Assembly (NCBI RefSeq): GCF_009914755.1
Contig: NC_060930.1
Length of the DNA: 64,000 nt
Direction: 5' to 3' (one strand)
From: the human T2T-CHM13v2.0 reference genome, Homo sapiens
The notes beneath the pieces were generated by a model. It was not told where the DNA came from and made no database searches. It worked only from the letters and a program-made list of their open reading frames with translations. Below are positions 40,900 to 56,617 of this stretch, one piece after another; within the stretch, counting starts at the first letter, position 1; every line of letters begins with the position of its first letter. Made by a program: the position numbers and the translations under genes.

Positions 40900-43271
40900 G
40901 GAGACTTTCTAAAACGGGAGCAGCCGGGGTGTTCTGGAGTGTGCAAATACTGACAAGGAGAGCAAAGTGTCCTAGGCAGAAAAAACACCAATGGGACCTT
41001 CAAGGAGCATCCGGCTTTAGGAAAACTACGAGAGCTTCAGCATGGCTGCAAGGCAGGGCAAGGGGAGGGGAGTGGGGAGAGATGGGACAGGAGAGTGGGC
41101 AGCCAGATCCAAAAGAACTCCACTTGCTGAGCTGAAGGGTCTGGATTTTGTCTTGGAAATCAGGGCAAAGTCAGAGAAGGATTTTCAATACTGTTTATAA
41201 AGTTATTTTCTAATTTATATTCATAAAGTTTGGGAGTACAATTAAGTACAAGGAGAAAATAAAATACACCTATAATCCCACCACCCCAATATAACCATAA
41301 TTAACATTTTGATGGTTTCCTTTCTGGTATTTTTCTATTTATAGAGATACATATCTAGGCAGAGAGAGAAAGGTTTTCAAACAATCAGACAGAGATTTTA
41401 CCATATACTTTGTATGTTGCTTTTCTGGTTTATATCATAAGCATCTTCATGTCATTTGTTTCCAGATCTTCGTCTACAATTCTTATTGTATCACTGAGAT
41501 AAATTCCCAGAAAGAAACACATCAGGCCAAAAGATAGAAACATATTAAGACTGAGAACACCAACATCAAAGGTTTAAGAGATAAAGCTGGATACATGGAA
41601 ATGTATTTTCTTTATTGCCTTTATTTCTTTTTAACTCGCCTCTGTCTTCACTGGAGAACATAGGGAGAAATTCAAGCAAGTAACGGGTGTTCCAGTTCAT
41701 CGAGGGTCTGTCATGATGGCTTATGAGGTCATGACACAGACCCACAGGGATTGCACAGACATGCTGAGACCGAACAGCATTGCAAAGATCATGTCAGGTA
41801 ATACCTATGTGCCACATCCAAAACTTGGTCTGTCTTGACCCTCACTCAATTGGAGTATTCAGGTCTCATTTTTTTCCTTCCCCTTGGAAATGATCCAAAA
41901 GTACAAGGCCTAGCATCAGATGACCTTTAAGACCCCTTCTCCTCCCGAAATTCTGATAGTTATCTCTGTGAATGTTCCTCACAAGTGAGCTACATTGTAT
42001 TGGCAGCGCTTTCAACTTAATGCTCCTTCCCCTAAGGCAGAGGGAAGAACCTATAAGCCTTCTATTGACATAACAGAAATTGCCCCAAATGCTCTTGAAT
42101 TTATCTTTATTTGTGCTGCTGCCTATATATTACTTTCTCATGGGATATGGCTTGAATTATAGAAACAATCCACTCCTTCCTCCATTGGTTGCCAGCCCTT
42201 CCCCAGGGTCCCGGAATACTTCTTTTTGATGTTCATTCCTAATTTTAATCCAAGTGTTATGTTCTGTTGATAGTCCCTGGAGCCTACATCAGACATAATT
42301 CTCTCGCAACAGGAAGTTAGGTTCCGGTAATGTGACCAGCTCTGTTCGTTAGAACCCTTCTGACAACAAGCTCTCTCTCTTCGGTCTTCCTGACATGTGT
42401 TTATAATTACTTGGAGTTATCTCTATGGCAGCCTGAGTTGCCTTCCATCTGAAGTGGTCCTTGGGGTGGTGCTCATTAGGTTAGCCTGCTCCTGGGCTCT
42501 GTTGTTTTTTTAAAATCTGGCATCTCAGGAGGCAAAATGGTCTCATGAAAAGAAGAGCAAATCAGTATCAAAAGGTCTAGATTCTTGGCAAAGTTCTGCC
42601 AGTAACAATCTACATGACGGGAAAATTTGCTTCCCATCTACTCATCTCTCTGAGTTGTCATAAGGATAAAATAATACTCATCAAGACACAAAACAGCATG
42701 CACAGTTGCATAGATGAAGATGACATTTTATTGCTGCAATCTTGTTGATATGAAAAGGTGAGAAATAATGTAGTCCATAAAACAAGTGTATTCATTCACA
42801 AAATATTTATTAATCCTACCTGAGAAAACAACAGGCACTTGGAGAACAAAGAAAAATGGGATATAGTCGGTATACAGTCAAGGGTTCAGCGACCAGAAGG
42901 AAAACGGACACACAAACACTTGTCGCAGTGAATAGCACTGTAATGGACTTATAAAATCGATGTGGGAGCACAGAGGAGGAAGCAGCTAGCCCTGCCTAGG
43001 GAGGTCAACAAAACAACAGGCAACAGGTAATCTTCCAGCAGAATCTTGAAGGATGGAAAAGGCCCAGGCAGATAAATCAGGAAAGAAAACATCACTTATA
43101 AAATCTCCACAGCAAGTACAGAAAACCAAAAGTCCATCAGCATGCAGGAGTACCGTGGGTGTGTCAGGAAATACTAAGTCTGGAAGCAAGGCCGGAGCCT
43201 TGTTCCCCAGCATGGGCTAATGCATTTGCCCTCTGGGCAAGATGGAGCCAGTGACATGCTTTAAGCATGGA

Positions 43272-43975
<704 letters not shown>

Positions 43976-44441
43976 GATGGGCCTGGAGGCACAAGGGAAA
44001 GCTACCAAGCACTAGGCAGGTAACACCAGATTACAACATCTGCCAGAAAGCAATGTGGAGAAAGGGAGCTGAAGAGAAGGCAGGGGAAATGTAAAGGCAT
44101 AATCCAGGGGAGAAATGATGGGGATTCAATAAAGCAGTGGTGGTGGCAATGAAGGGTATGATGGACTCAGAGATTTAGAAGATACAATCTAAGGAACTTG
44201 GTGGCTACTCACTGGGATCTCCCAAAAGTTATTTCTTGTGCATGTACAGCTCTCCAGGTGATAACTAAAACAACAAGGAAACAAGACTATTATGAGGGAT
44301 ACAGCCTGCCATTTTGGATGTTTGAGACTCACCTTCCTTGAAGCAGCTCTTCTGAGCGGTGGCACCGATCCTTGGATTTGGAAGCCACGAACCGTGCTGA
44401 ATGTCTCAACATTCATGATCTCAGGAGAAGCATGGCAACTC

Positions 44442-44846
44442 TAGTGAGTTTCATCATGGCCCCAAAAATATAGGTCCACATCCTGGAATCTGTATATGTG
44501 ACCTTATTTGGGTAAATGGTCTTTACAGACGTAATTAAGAGATGAGATGAGATTACCCTGGATTATTGAGGTGGGCCCTAAATCCAGTGTCCATAAGTGT
44601 CTTTATGAGAGACAGAAGAAGGAGAAACAGAGAAGGTTATGTGAAGATGGAGGCTGAAAATAGAATAGTCTCAGGAACACGGGAGCCACCAGAAGCTGGA
44701 AAATGATGAAAGGATCCTCCCTCAGAACCTTTGGAGGGAGCGTGATTTCAGACTTCCAGCCTCCAGAACTGTGGCACAATAAATTTCTGTTGTTTAAGCC
44801 ATCAGTTTTTAGCAATTTGTTATGGCAGCCCTAGGGAATTAATACA
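44442..44846 (+). mobile_element. MaLR MLT1 solo LTR
   Basis: atgtgaccttatttgg...gggccctaaatcca...cagcctccagaactgtg...aataaatttctgttgtttaagcca...taataca. Confidence 0.88.
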
Positions 44847-47715
44847 GCAATAAACAGCAACCAAGAAAAACCAAAAGCATATTCTGAGGGTCTATGTTAT
44901 GGTCTGTAAGTAAATTGAGGCCAAACTTACACTTCATTCATTTTTTTTTCCCTGTGGCAAACCTGTCTGGTGAGCCGGGGTAGCGCCTGGCTAAAAAAGT
45001 CCATGTTTTAGGTTGACTAAAGCCAGATAGCAAAGTTTTAAAATTCCACATTTACATCCAGAGATGTGCACAACACTGTGTGGCACTCACAGCACAACCA
45101 GGCAAAATCAGTTACAACTACAGAAAATTTCTGAAGTTCGGCCAACACTCACCACCATCTGCCCCCAGAGCGATCTTGCTACCACCAGGTGAAACTCTTG
45201 CTCCTTTCAGCATGCAGCCAGGCATGTGCCTTTAACTTTAGCTGTCTCTCTCACAGGCACAGGTTAGCCCCAGAAGAAAAATGCAAGGACTAAACTTGCT
45301 TACTTGAGGTCATGTGTTCTAGATGCTGCAGTTGGCCCAAATAAAATAAAATCTGCATAAAAGACAGGTAGTCGTAGACACGTTGAAACATGCTTGAAGG
45401 TGATTCCAAATATGTTGATATCAACATTGGCTTTGCCAACTAGGCTTTGTCCCTTTATGACAAATAACCTCAGAGACACCCTGGCATATCTGGGTATAAG
45501 AGTTTGGCAGAAAGGGTTTTAATTTGTTGCTTGGGTGTCTATGCTTGGGTGGTGTCATTGAACAAACCGGAGAACCCAGTAGGAAGAGCACATTTGATGA
45601 GGTAGAACAAAGCGGTGACGGCTGCCATCTTGGATTTGTCGTATTTAAAATGCATAAGGTTACCAAATATATCTGGAGCTTAGGAGTGAAATTTGAGTGA
45701 ACAACCCAGGTAATTGTTGTTTTCCCCTGTAAAAGCAGAAATTGTTTACATCTTTTTGATGAATTTCCTTCTAAATATCATTACATAGAACCTGATTTCA
45801 CTTCTGTATAGCTCAGGGCTTGCTCCTTCTTACCAAAAGCAAGATTTCCATTTGAATACACCTTGCTTCCAAGTTGCCCACTGACCCCACTCTTAACTCC
45901 CAGAGTACCCCCTTGGTAGTCTAAACCTGTAAAGGTAATTCCATCCTCCTTATTAGAGTTGAAGATTGGCCGTGTCACCCAGTTCTAGGCAACAAGATGG
46001 GATGGCTAAGAGGCTTCTAGGAAGGAGGTACATTGCTTTTCCGGAAGAAGTACTAGAAACCCGCTCTCTCTCACTCACTCGCACTCTCTGGACACAGATA
46101 AGGGAGCACTAGCATTAATGTGCTGGCAACCATTCTATGCTCACAAAGACAGCAAGCCCCAGGAGCGAGTGAACCCTCATAGGCAGAGATAGAGGTAACC
46201 TGGGGGCTTACAAGCATCAATAAACCACTGGCTTCTCCTCTCCTGAGCCAACAAGTGTCCTTATCACTTAGGAAAGTTTTTACATTTTCTATGAATTGCC
46301 AGTGTAAGCACCCTAACCCATACAGGTTTCTTCTGAAACCACATTACCTGAGACCTTTTCTGGTGAGGATTCTGTCACTGGTCAGTTGTCATTTCTCAGT
46401 GACAAATGAGACCACATGCACTAAAGCCCGTAGCCCAATACTTAGCACTCACTAGATGCTCAATAGATGTTAGTTCCTGTCACTTTGTCTTGCTTCTCAG
46501 CTTTGATCACTTGCTCTCCCAGATCTTCACCATTGCTTCAATGTTTTGTACACTAATGGCCAGGTCCCAGCAGGCCTCCAGATGGCTCAATGGTTAGAAT
46601 TAGAAGTCTCACTGCCTAGGAAGTACTGGAACTGGGAACTCCATGATCCACAAACACCAGCAAATGAGAGACGTTGTTTATTAGACTGCTACCATGGCTA
46701 GTCACGTCATGGGGGTTCTCACTTTTCCCAGGATTAGCATGAACACCAACACCCAGTAAAATCTGGATTTCAATCATCCAGAGCCAGTTGAAAATGTTTC
46801 ACTCCTGAGTCATCATTGGCAGTAATCAGTTGTCACATAGCAGATGTTCAAAATAGACTGATTAATAAAGAATTCTGATTATTAGATGATAGTAATAGTG
46901 AGAGGAGAGTGAGATGAGAGTGGGCTCATGGTATTGCTAAAGAAGGCCAAGAATGTTGACCAGTAACTTCTCTTGAAAACAGAGCAGCTGTACTTCCCCA
47001 CTTCGTCTCCCTAAATGGCCTCGTTCCAGGATTGGGCCCATCAGAAATTGAGAAAGAAAGGAGAGAAGGGGGAAGGAAAGAGAAAGAAGGAAGGTGGATA
47101 AAAAGAGTTGTGTCTGAAAGTTTCCTGAGCTACAACACTGCCCTAGAATGATCTGTTCTCTAAGGTGTCCTAAGAAATCCTCCCCAAATGGTTGTGGTTT
47201 TGTCTTTTTGCTTTGTTGTTTCGAATTCATTCTGATTTGATTGTGAGATACATGAATCTTACAGTAACCTCATGAAACACTTGTGGAGACCTTGGGATAT
47301 TGTGAAAACATTCTGAGAGCGCTAGCCTGAGAACGCTAGCCTGGGTGGACCACTCCCTCCCGCCTCACCAGTGACTCACTTGGTGACTCAGTGCTTGTCA
47401 CGCAGAGATCCACTGGGCCCATGTGCAGCTCACCTTCCTCCGCCTACCTTGAGGAAAACTAGGGACTCATTAGACAAAGTGTTCAAACTGTTTTCTGTTC
47501 CTCCAGGCATAAGTTATATGTATACAAGGCATTATCATCTCCCACACATTAAGGAGCAGTGGAAATCGGAAGTGGGGAATAGGAGGCTGGGGGCATTGGA
47601 GGGGCAATCTTACTTTCACAAAGATGTTAATTGAATGTTACCAGCAAAGCAAAGACCTAGAAATTTCATAAAATAGAAAAGATTCTGATTATTGTTTTCA
47701 TTATCAAAATTTCTA

Positions 47716-48185
<470 letters not shown>

Positions 48186-49102
48186 AGTCTTAATGTGCCA
48201 GTGCAAACTTCCATTTCACATATATTAAATCCCCTTTTTACCCTAAAAGACTGTAAAATATCCTGTAATATTTAAATATTTGCACTTTTATTTCTCTCCC
48301 ATATAATCACCTCAACTTCAGTTTATGCAAATATGTGAAATCTTCAAACATAATAGGAAGCCAAGTTGCTCACAGAAAGGAAACCTATGACAACCTTCAT
48401 TACTGCATGCCAAAAATGTCAGGCCAATCTACTAATTTACTAGAACCAAGATAAAACCAGCTCAGCCAGCCAGCGCTCAGGAGTTCCCTCTCAAACATAT
48501 GCAGGGTTAACAAAATATTGAGCCTAAACTCATTTGGAAAATGAGCATGTGTTTTTTTTTTTTTAAGCAGAGGCTGCTTGCTGACCCAGCCTTCCAGTCA
48601 AACAGCTAAAACTCAGCTTGTCCTGTTTCCCTTGAGGTCTGAGTTCTAAAGTCCCCTAGTTTCAATACATTTTGCCAGAAATAACTTTAAGGATCTCCTG
48701 AACAGGCACCAAAGCTCTTGTAACAATGTAGTCACTTTAAATTAACATCCTAACTTAAAATAACTAAACCTGATTTTTGTTCGTGATCAAAATTTATATT
48801 GGAACACCTCCACAGAGGTCAAATTTAACGTATTCACTGACAAACAAGACAAGCAGGGAGGGCATTTACTGACAACCAAGAATTGGAACAGGATGTCAAA
48901 AGCAAGGCTGTTTCTGAAAAGAAAATATTAGTAGTTTATTTACATTGCCAATCACTGTGGGTTGAACCTAACCCTTAATTAGGCAAAAGAACCAATGGGT
49001 AAATCCTCCTCCCCCAAAAGTTTTTCTTTTCCTGAAAGTTCCTTTTAGAAAGCAGCAACCTAGAGGAAAAAGATCTTTAAAAAGGAAAAAGATTATGTGT
49101 GT

Positions 49103-49642
49103 GCCGAAACCTGGAAACAACCAAAATGTCCTTCAATAGGTAAATGGTGGCTCATCCATACTATGAAATACTACTCAGCAATAAAAAGGAGTGAACTATT
49201 GATACACAAAATAACTTGGGTAGAATTCAAGGGCATTATGCTGAATTTTATAAAGCCAGTCTCAATGTATCATATACTATGCAATACCAATTAGATAGCA
49301 TTCTCCAAATGACAAATTATAGACTGCAGAACAGATTAATGGTTGCCATGGGGCTAGGAATGGTGAGTAGAATATGATTATAAAGGGGTTACAATGAGGG
49401 AGATCTTTGTGGTGATTAAATAGTTCTGTATCTTGTTGCATCTACACATGCAATAAAATGGCATAGAACTATGCACATGCATTGTACCAATGTCAATTTC
49501 CTGGCTCAGATACAGGACAACAATTATGTAAGATGTGATCATTGGGGGAAACTGGGTGAAGGGCACACAGGACCACTCCACACTATTTTTGCTATCATTG
49601 CAACTTTTTGCAAATCTATCATTTATTCAAAATTAAAAAGTC
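49103..49642 (+). mobile_element. L1M (MB/MC-type) 3' end
   Basis: ctggaaacaaccaaaatgtccttcaatagg...tactactcagcaataaaaagga...gggggaaactgggtgaagggcacacagga. Confidence 0.85.
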
Positions 49643-50693
49643 AAGAGAAAGCAAGCAAAAAAGGATGAGGGAGGAAGTAACAGAAAGAAAGAAAGAAAAA
49701 TAAACAACTTGGGATAGATATTGACAACTCCAGAAATGAAAGATGACAGGAAAGTTTGGAGGAGGGGACAGCAGGGTAAATATTAAAGGTTACAGTCAGG
49801 CAAGCTGACAACCAGAAACTGTTTGGATTGTAAATTGTAAATGAACTCAGTGGACAGAGAAGGGGAAAGATCATTGAACTGTTACCCCTGAATGACAAGG
49901 ATAGAAGTGAAGCACTGTGAGCCCAAGACATGGAGTAAATGTGGCAGGAGCAGCTCCAGGAAAGCCCGGTGGGGACGGAAGAGAAAAGGAGGGGGCAGAT
50001 GTAGTAGCTGATGCTTCCTAGGATGTGACATGCATCAAGCGAGAGAAAGGATGACTGGGGGAAATGTCCGACCTAGGAAGAAATACTGAGAAAAAAAGAC
50101 ATGCCATAGAAATCAGTAAGCTGAGGAAGAAGAGGCAAAATTCTTGGGCGTGAGCAGAATTACTGATAAAATAATGATGACATGATAAAAGAATATCACA
50201 GGCAGGGGAGTTGGAAGGAGAAAAGAACTCACTCAGATTTGGAAAGTGACAAAACAAAACAAAACAGTTCTTCAGGGAAGAAAAATAATGAGCAGCAAAA
50301 TACAAAACACAATGACCTCTGGAAAGGTGTTCCCTGCACAGGTCTAGAAACTCAACAACAGACATCCTGAATTTTCCAGATGCATTTAACAAATATCTTT
50401 GAAATATCCCAATACATATCAAGTCTACATCAAGCCTGATTTTCACATCAAAAGACCCCCATGATCATAATGAGCACTATTAATGCACAAATTACACGAA
50501 GCTGCAGGAAGCTGAAGCGCCAAAAGGGAGCAAAACGCTGATAAGCCAACTTTTGAGCAAACATCTTGAATTCCCCCAGGGATACGGACCACCAGGATCA
50601 CCAAACTCTGGTGTCCCCATGAGAATAAGCAATCAATAATATTAAAACCTTAAAATTAAGGTAGTAATTCTAACATCTTAGAATCTGGATTTT

Positions 50694-50982
50694 AATGTAT
50701 TTATTTATTTGAGACGGGGTCTCACTCTGTGCCCAGGCTGGAGTGCAATGGCGTGATCTTGGCTAACTGCAACCTCCACCTCCCCTACTCAAGCAATCCT
50801 CCCACCTCAGCCTACCGAGTAGCTAAGACTACAAGCTTGTGCCACCATGAACAGCAGATTTTTGTAGAGATGGGGTTTTGTCATGTTGCCCAGACTGGTC
50901 TCGAACTCTTGGGCTAGAGGGATTCGCCTGCCTCAGCCTCCCGAAGTGCTGGGATTACAGGCATGAGCCACAGCGCCCAGCC
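50694..50982 (-). mobile_element. Alu SINE (AluJ-type), linker partly deleted
   Basis: Reverse-complement Alu. TSD-like agaatctg on both sides. Confidence 0.94.
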
Positions 50983-53805
50983 AGAATCTGAGATTCAGTG
51001 TGGGCATAAAGGAATTGTTATCACACAGTGACAGCCCAAGTTCATGGTCTTTACAAGAAATACTGTGAAACCCCCAAGAGGGTAGCCCCTACATAAAGAG
51101 AAGGAATAAAGATGGCTGGCCACTCCTCACAGATGGAGAAGTTAAAAAAACAAAATCCCAGTTTCTCTCTCAGCTACTGGGTAAATAGCCATTCAGAATG
51201 CTTTGGAAACATTCACTTAAAAATGGGAGAATAATTGATGTCATTCTGAAAATGTGGTTAGACAAGAATTCAATTATCTCCACTGCCACCAAACCCAACC
51301 TCCAAGCTTGGATAAGAAGATAGCAAATATTCTAAAAATTAAGAAACCCAAAGCATATGGTAAACTTTGCAAGGTATCATTCCCCAGTGAATTATGTTCT
51401 TGTGGTAATACAAAAATATCTCATTTTTCTTAGCAGTTGTTTCATGAATGCCTTGCAAAAGAAAGTGTGAGTTTTTAGGGGGAATCCTCTGCTAAACCAT
51501 AGTGAATGCTGGGCTTCGAGGTCTGTGGGTGGGCTGGTGCCAACGACTGAGAGAGGTGAGAAGTGAAATTTTTCTGCAAAAGAACCATGGCTGAAGGGAA
51601 GATTTCTCTAAAACAGAGAATTTGAGAAGCTACTTGGTGGAAGACTTTAAAGACCCAAAGAACAACAGCTGAGAATAGAACTGGGGAGGGACTTCTCACG
51701 GTGATTTGGGAAATTAAACTCTGAGCATCACGAGGTGTAAATCCCCTCTTCGGTCTTCCTTATAAAATGTTCAGTAAAGTTTGCATTCTCACTTTTTGAG
51801 AGTGAACTTCCTTTGAGAGAAAAACACAGAAGTATAGAGCCCTGCTTCAAGATTGGCACAAGGGCAAAAGCATAGTTGTAGAGTGACCCTTTTATTAAAT
51901 ATTAATTATTTAATATGAGAAGAACCTGAGGAAAACCAAGCACAAAGGAAGAGGGAGGGGAAGGGAGGTGGTGAGATGATTACCTTCTTCTTTTACTAAA
52001 ATTTAGAATACTTGAGTCACTTACTCTTTCCTGGTTTCCAAACAGGCTCTGTGGAGACGTGTGAGAGCCTAAGGTTTATTACTCGGGTGTCAGCTCATTC
52101 ATTCCCCACCGCAAACCTCAAGTAGCTTTTAGTATCACAAAGATCATTCTCAGCTCTAATATCTTTTTCCCTTCTCAGTATCTCGAAAGCCTCCTCATCC
52201 TCCTCAGAAACAAATCTAGGTGTCTTTAAAAAGATAATATGTTATTTTCTTTGCTCTGTTGCTGCTTCTTCCTGTGGTTATCATCTGATTATAGTTCTTT
52301 CCATAAAATGTTACGCTTAACTCTTTTACCAAATCGCCAGATAATCTCATTACTACCTGAAATACTGTTTTTTTCCAGAAGGGTTGGCCATTGTAGGAAG
52401 TGAAAAATTGATGTGAGTCCATATATTTATCCCTTTGCAATTACACTCTATCACCGAGGTAGACTAAATCTTCATTTTCCTTTATCCCCAATCCAGACTG
52501 TAAGTTTCTTTTTATTTCAAATAGCAAAATAGAATTCAGCACACACAACTGACAGCAATGGATGGGTAGATGTCTGTGTTAGTCTCATTAGCATGCACTT
52601 CTGTGAGACTGAAGGAGCAGTTTGCAGAGCCCCTTTTCACAGGGAGCCTGGGCAGCCTTCAGACATGGAACCAGAACTCGTCTTGGAGCAAGAAAGACCT
52701 GTCCTCCAATCCTGGCTCTGCCCTTGCCACTCAACACTCTTGACAAAGTTTCCTAACTGCTTGAAAAGTCATTAAAACAAGGATAAAGTTTTCCTTACAG
52801 ATAACAGGAATGGAAGTTCAAGGCACACAGTGGAGGCTGAATTCCAGGTTGTTCCTTAACCACAACCACCCAAAGATTAATTGATCAGAAAGAAGTTTTA
52901 ATGACTCCCTACTTTCCCAGCCAATCTGCTTTCTAATTCACTTTTCTCAACGCTGTCCTCTCTCTGCCATTAATCTGTCCTCTTGTTTGTTCTACACCCT
53001 CACCCACAGAGTGTATAATTATCCTCCCAGTTTTCGGAAGAAATGGCACCACAATACTTGCTATAATAGCCATGGTTGTTTGAAGTCCCTGAACAACTGG
53101 ACAGCAAGTTGTTGATGTGATTGGAGGAGGAAGAATGACAGTGTTAGGTGATGTTCAGTGCAGGACAGCCGTCAGGGTAGATGGCTGATTTTTCCCCAGT
53201 TAGTAAAAGGGATTTGTATCCTTCATGTTTCTCCCACAACACATCCAAGATAGTCTTACTAAAATATCCTTCCTCATGCTCTTCCTGCTCAAAAATTTGT
53301 CAGTCATCCAACCCACAAATGCCTATTGATTGTTACTGCCATACCGTCCCTCAGTTGTCAATCAAGATGCTGTTTGCTTTATCCCAGCAATAAAGGACTA
53401 GGGTACATGCTATGCCCACAAGCCTCCTGCCTTGTCAGAAAGCTTTGTTTTCCAGCCTCTCCAGCCTTCTCCCGTGACGCGGAAGCTCCCTTACAAGAAG
53501 CCATCATAAAAGGTTGGAGATAAAACTACTGGAAACAATCTTTTTTTAAATGCCATTTTGCTTTTCTGTAGTCCTTGAGCCAGGCTTTTGTGCTAGCACC
53601 ACGGTCTCTCTCTGGCCTGTGGCCATTCCTCTCCTCTACTGTTTTCTCACCAAGTCTGACACTGTTTTGCATCTCCCACAGCTGTGAACACAGCACTCTG
53701 CAAATACTTTGGTTCAGTGTAGACATATTGTCTTGATTTGATTTCTCCTAGGATCTCAGTAGCTTTGTTGGCTGAACTCTTAGGCCTTTGAGTCACCTGA
53801 TGGGT

Positions 53806-53981
53806 AGGGCTGGCAGATTTAGCAAATAAAAATACAGGACGCCCAGTTAAAGTTGAATCTCAGATAGACGATGAATAATTTTTATATGTCCTATACAATA
53901 TTTAGTAAATATATGCGAACAATTCATTTTTTATCTGAAATTCAAATATAACGGTATATTCTATACTTATCTGGAAAGCTT
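53806..53981. mobile_element. MER53 palindromic MITE
   Basis: Left arm agggctggcagatttagcaaataaaaatacaggacgcccagttaaagttgaatctcagata. Inverted arm ttatctgaaattcaaatataac...ttatctgg. Confidence 0.85.
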
Positions 53982-54314
53982 ACTGGTATGTCACCCAAAA
54001 CCAACCAAGAGACTAATCTCTATGTTTAGTTAGTGACTTCTAGGCAACAGAGATGACCTCTGTGTGGCAAAACTCTGATAATCCCTGATTACGAGAGAGA
54101 AGGGGAAGAGTGAATATGGGAACTCTGGCAACAGCATATTCAAGTCGTCTGTCTGGCAAAAAAAAGGGCTTTGCCCCATTCTACTGAGTCAAGGTGGCTG
54201 ATTGCATTTCAAGGGATGGGGCAAGTCGGGGGGGGCCATGGAGGCCTGGAGCGAGGAATTGTTGCAAAGCAGTGGTATGCAATAACTGCTCCCCTTCTAA
54301 GAAAGTGAATTCTT

Positions 54315-54626
54315 GCCAGGCCTAGTGTCTCGTGCCCGTAATCCCAGCACTTTGGGAGGCCGAGGTGGGTGGATCACGAGGCCAGGAGATCAAGACTATC
54401 CTGGCTAACACAATGAAACCCCATCTCTACTAAAAATACAAAAAATTAGCCGGGCTTGATGGCGGGCTCCTGTAGTCCCAGCTACCACTCAGGAGGCTGA
54501 GGCAGGAGCATGGCGTGAACCCGGGAGGCGGAGCTTGCAGTGAGCCAAGATCGCGCCACTGCACTCCAGCCTGGGTGACAGAGCGAGACTCCGTCTCAAA
54601 AAAAAAAAAAAAGAAAGAAAGAAAGA
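54315..54626 (+). mobile_element. AluY
   Basis: Y diagnostics ctggctaacac and atggcgtgaacccgggaggcggagcttgcag. TSD aagaaagtgaattc at 54299-54312 and 54627-54640. Confidence 0.95.
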
Positions 54627-56059
54627 AAGAAAGTGAATTCCCCCACAAGGGTCCCCACCAGCCCTGCCTTGTAAACGTGTTCTAAATCAAGGCTGAATAG
54701 AGTTGGAAAGTGTGGTCAGGTATGCGTCTTGGAAAGTCATCCCTGCCCACTAAGCCACTCCAGTCTGTAGAGTCACAGTCTTGAATATTTTTGGACAACA
54801 GAAAAATAAACACCCATGCCCAGAAGTCAGGGGCATCCCCAGGGATTTGGGCAACTCCCACGTTATCCAAGAGAGTTGGCAGCATATTTTCTACCTAGAG
54901 AATGAGGGTACTTTTTCCTTTGTAATATGATTTCTTGGCTGAAGAGGAACTATTAGGCACCCTGAGATGCTCTGTAGAAATGCAAGATGATATTGTATTG
55001 TATTAATGTCACTTAATGGTAGCTGTCAATGATGGTGATGGAATAAATATGGAAAAGGAAATTACTGTAATTGATTGACAGTCTGGAATCTTCCATATTC
55101 GACCTAATGAGAGAAACCTATGAGCAGCAGCTTCCAGTGCAGGCTATTAATGCAAATCATATGCACCGTACCGGCATGCTGAATTATGCAATGCCATGTG
55201 AATGTCTAATCCATTTCACCAGGCTTGTCTTTATCCAGAAAAAATATATATATATTTCGCTGACATGCTGATTCGTATATTAGGAGAGTTTAAGAAGTTT
55301 GGTGCTAAAGTAGGTGCCATCGTAGTGTTATTAATTTAGTTCTGAACAAGACAAACAGCTCTGTGCAGCCATCAAAATCACTACACAGGTCTACAAGATA
55401 ACTTTGTCAAGACTGAGGGAATTTACAGAAAAGTCTTGTGATATGTGGAAGGAATTAGCAAATAGATAAGGAGCACACAATTTTTCTAGAAAACCACTGT
55501 CAAGGACTCAGTACCCATGCACAACCAGACATGTGCCAAGACATCTACCATGCCTGCACAGTTCTGTTTTGCAGTGGTTCCGAAACTTGTGGAAAGTTCT
55601 AATAGAACCAGATGTAAAAAGTCAAGGGAATAACAGGTAAAAAGATTTAGGCCCTGCTTTGGGGACCCCATGGAGATATAAGTACTGGCCAGACATCATC
55701 TTCAAGAAGAGCAAAACACTCCCTGTGGGAATATGCTTTATATGGAAGGAAGTCTTTGTGACAGAAAAATAAGTTGCCAATTACTCATCCCCAAGACTCA
55801 CAGCTTTGAGAAGTCCATGGCCCTAACTAAGCTCTTCACTCTCTGTACATATCAATACTTAAAATTTGGACCATTAGAGGAAGTGACTAGAATTCTAACT
55901 ATGCGTCCCCCAGCTCCTAGGAGTAAGCTCTGACCTGGCTGCTCAGAGGTACCACAAATGTCCCCAGATTGGCAAGCACTGGACTGAAAGACAGAGAAAG
56001 AGAAGGTGTCATGCACTGCAATTTCCCACTAATGGTCTACAGAAAGACCTAAGTTGGTG

Positions 56060-56399
<340 letters not shown>

Positions 56400-56617
56400 T
56401 GAACACCTTTTATGTGCCAGGTGCTGTGCTAGACCCTGGATATACAAGCTTACATTCTAATGGAAGAGGCAGTAGGAGGTGATAATTACAGGAGGATGTG
56501 AAGAGTGTCACAAAAGAGGAAAAAGCACAGGTATATAAGGGGGACTGAAGTAGCCTGGAGGCTCGGGAAGCTGTCGTTGAGGAAGAAGTCCTTAAGCCAG
56601 GACTCCACAGATACTGA

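Noticed and set aside
45412-45427. 16-bp perfect palindrome atgttgatatcaacat
   Set aside because: About one such palindrome is expected by chance in 64 kb.
53806-53981. MER53 as a miR-1302-family precursor
   Set aside because: MER53 gives rise to miR-1302, but the centre of this copy is degraded and lacks the TTGGGACATACTTAT mature sequence. The arms pair poorly.
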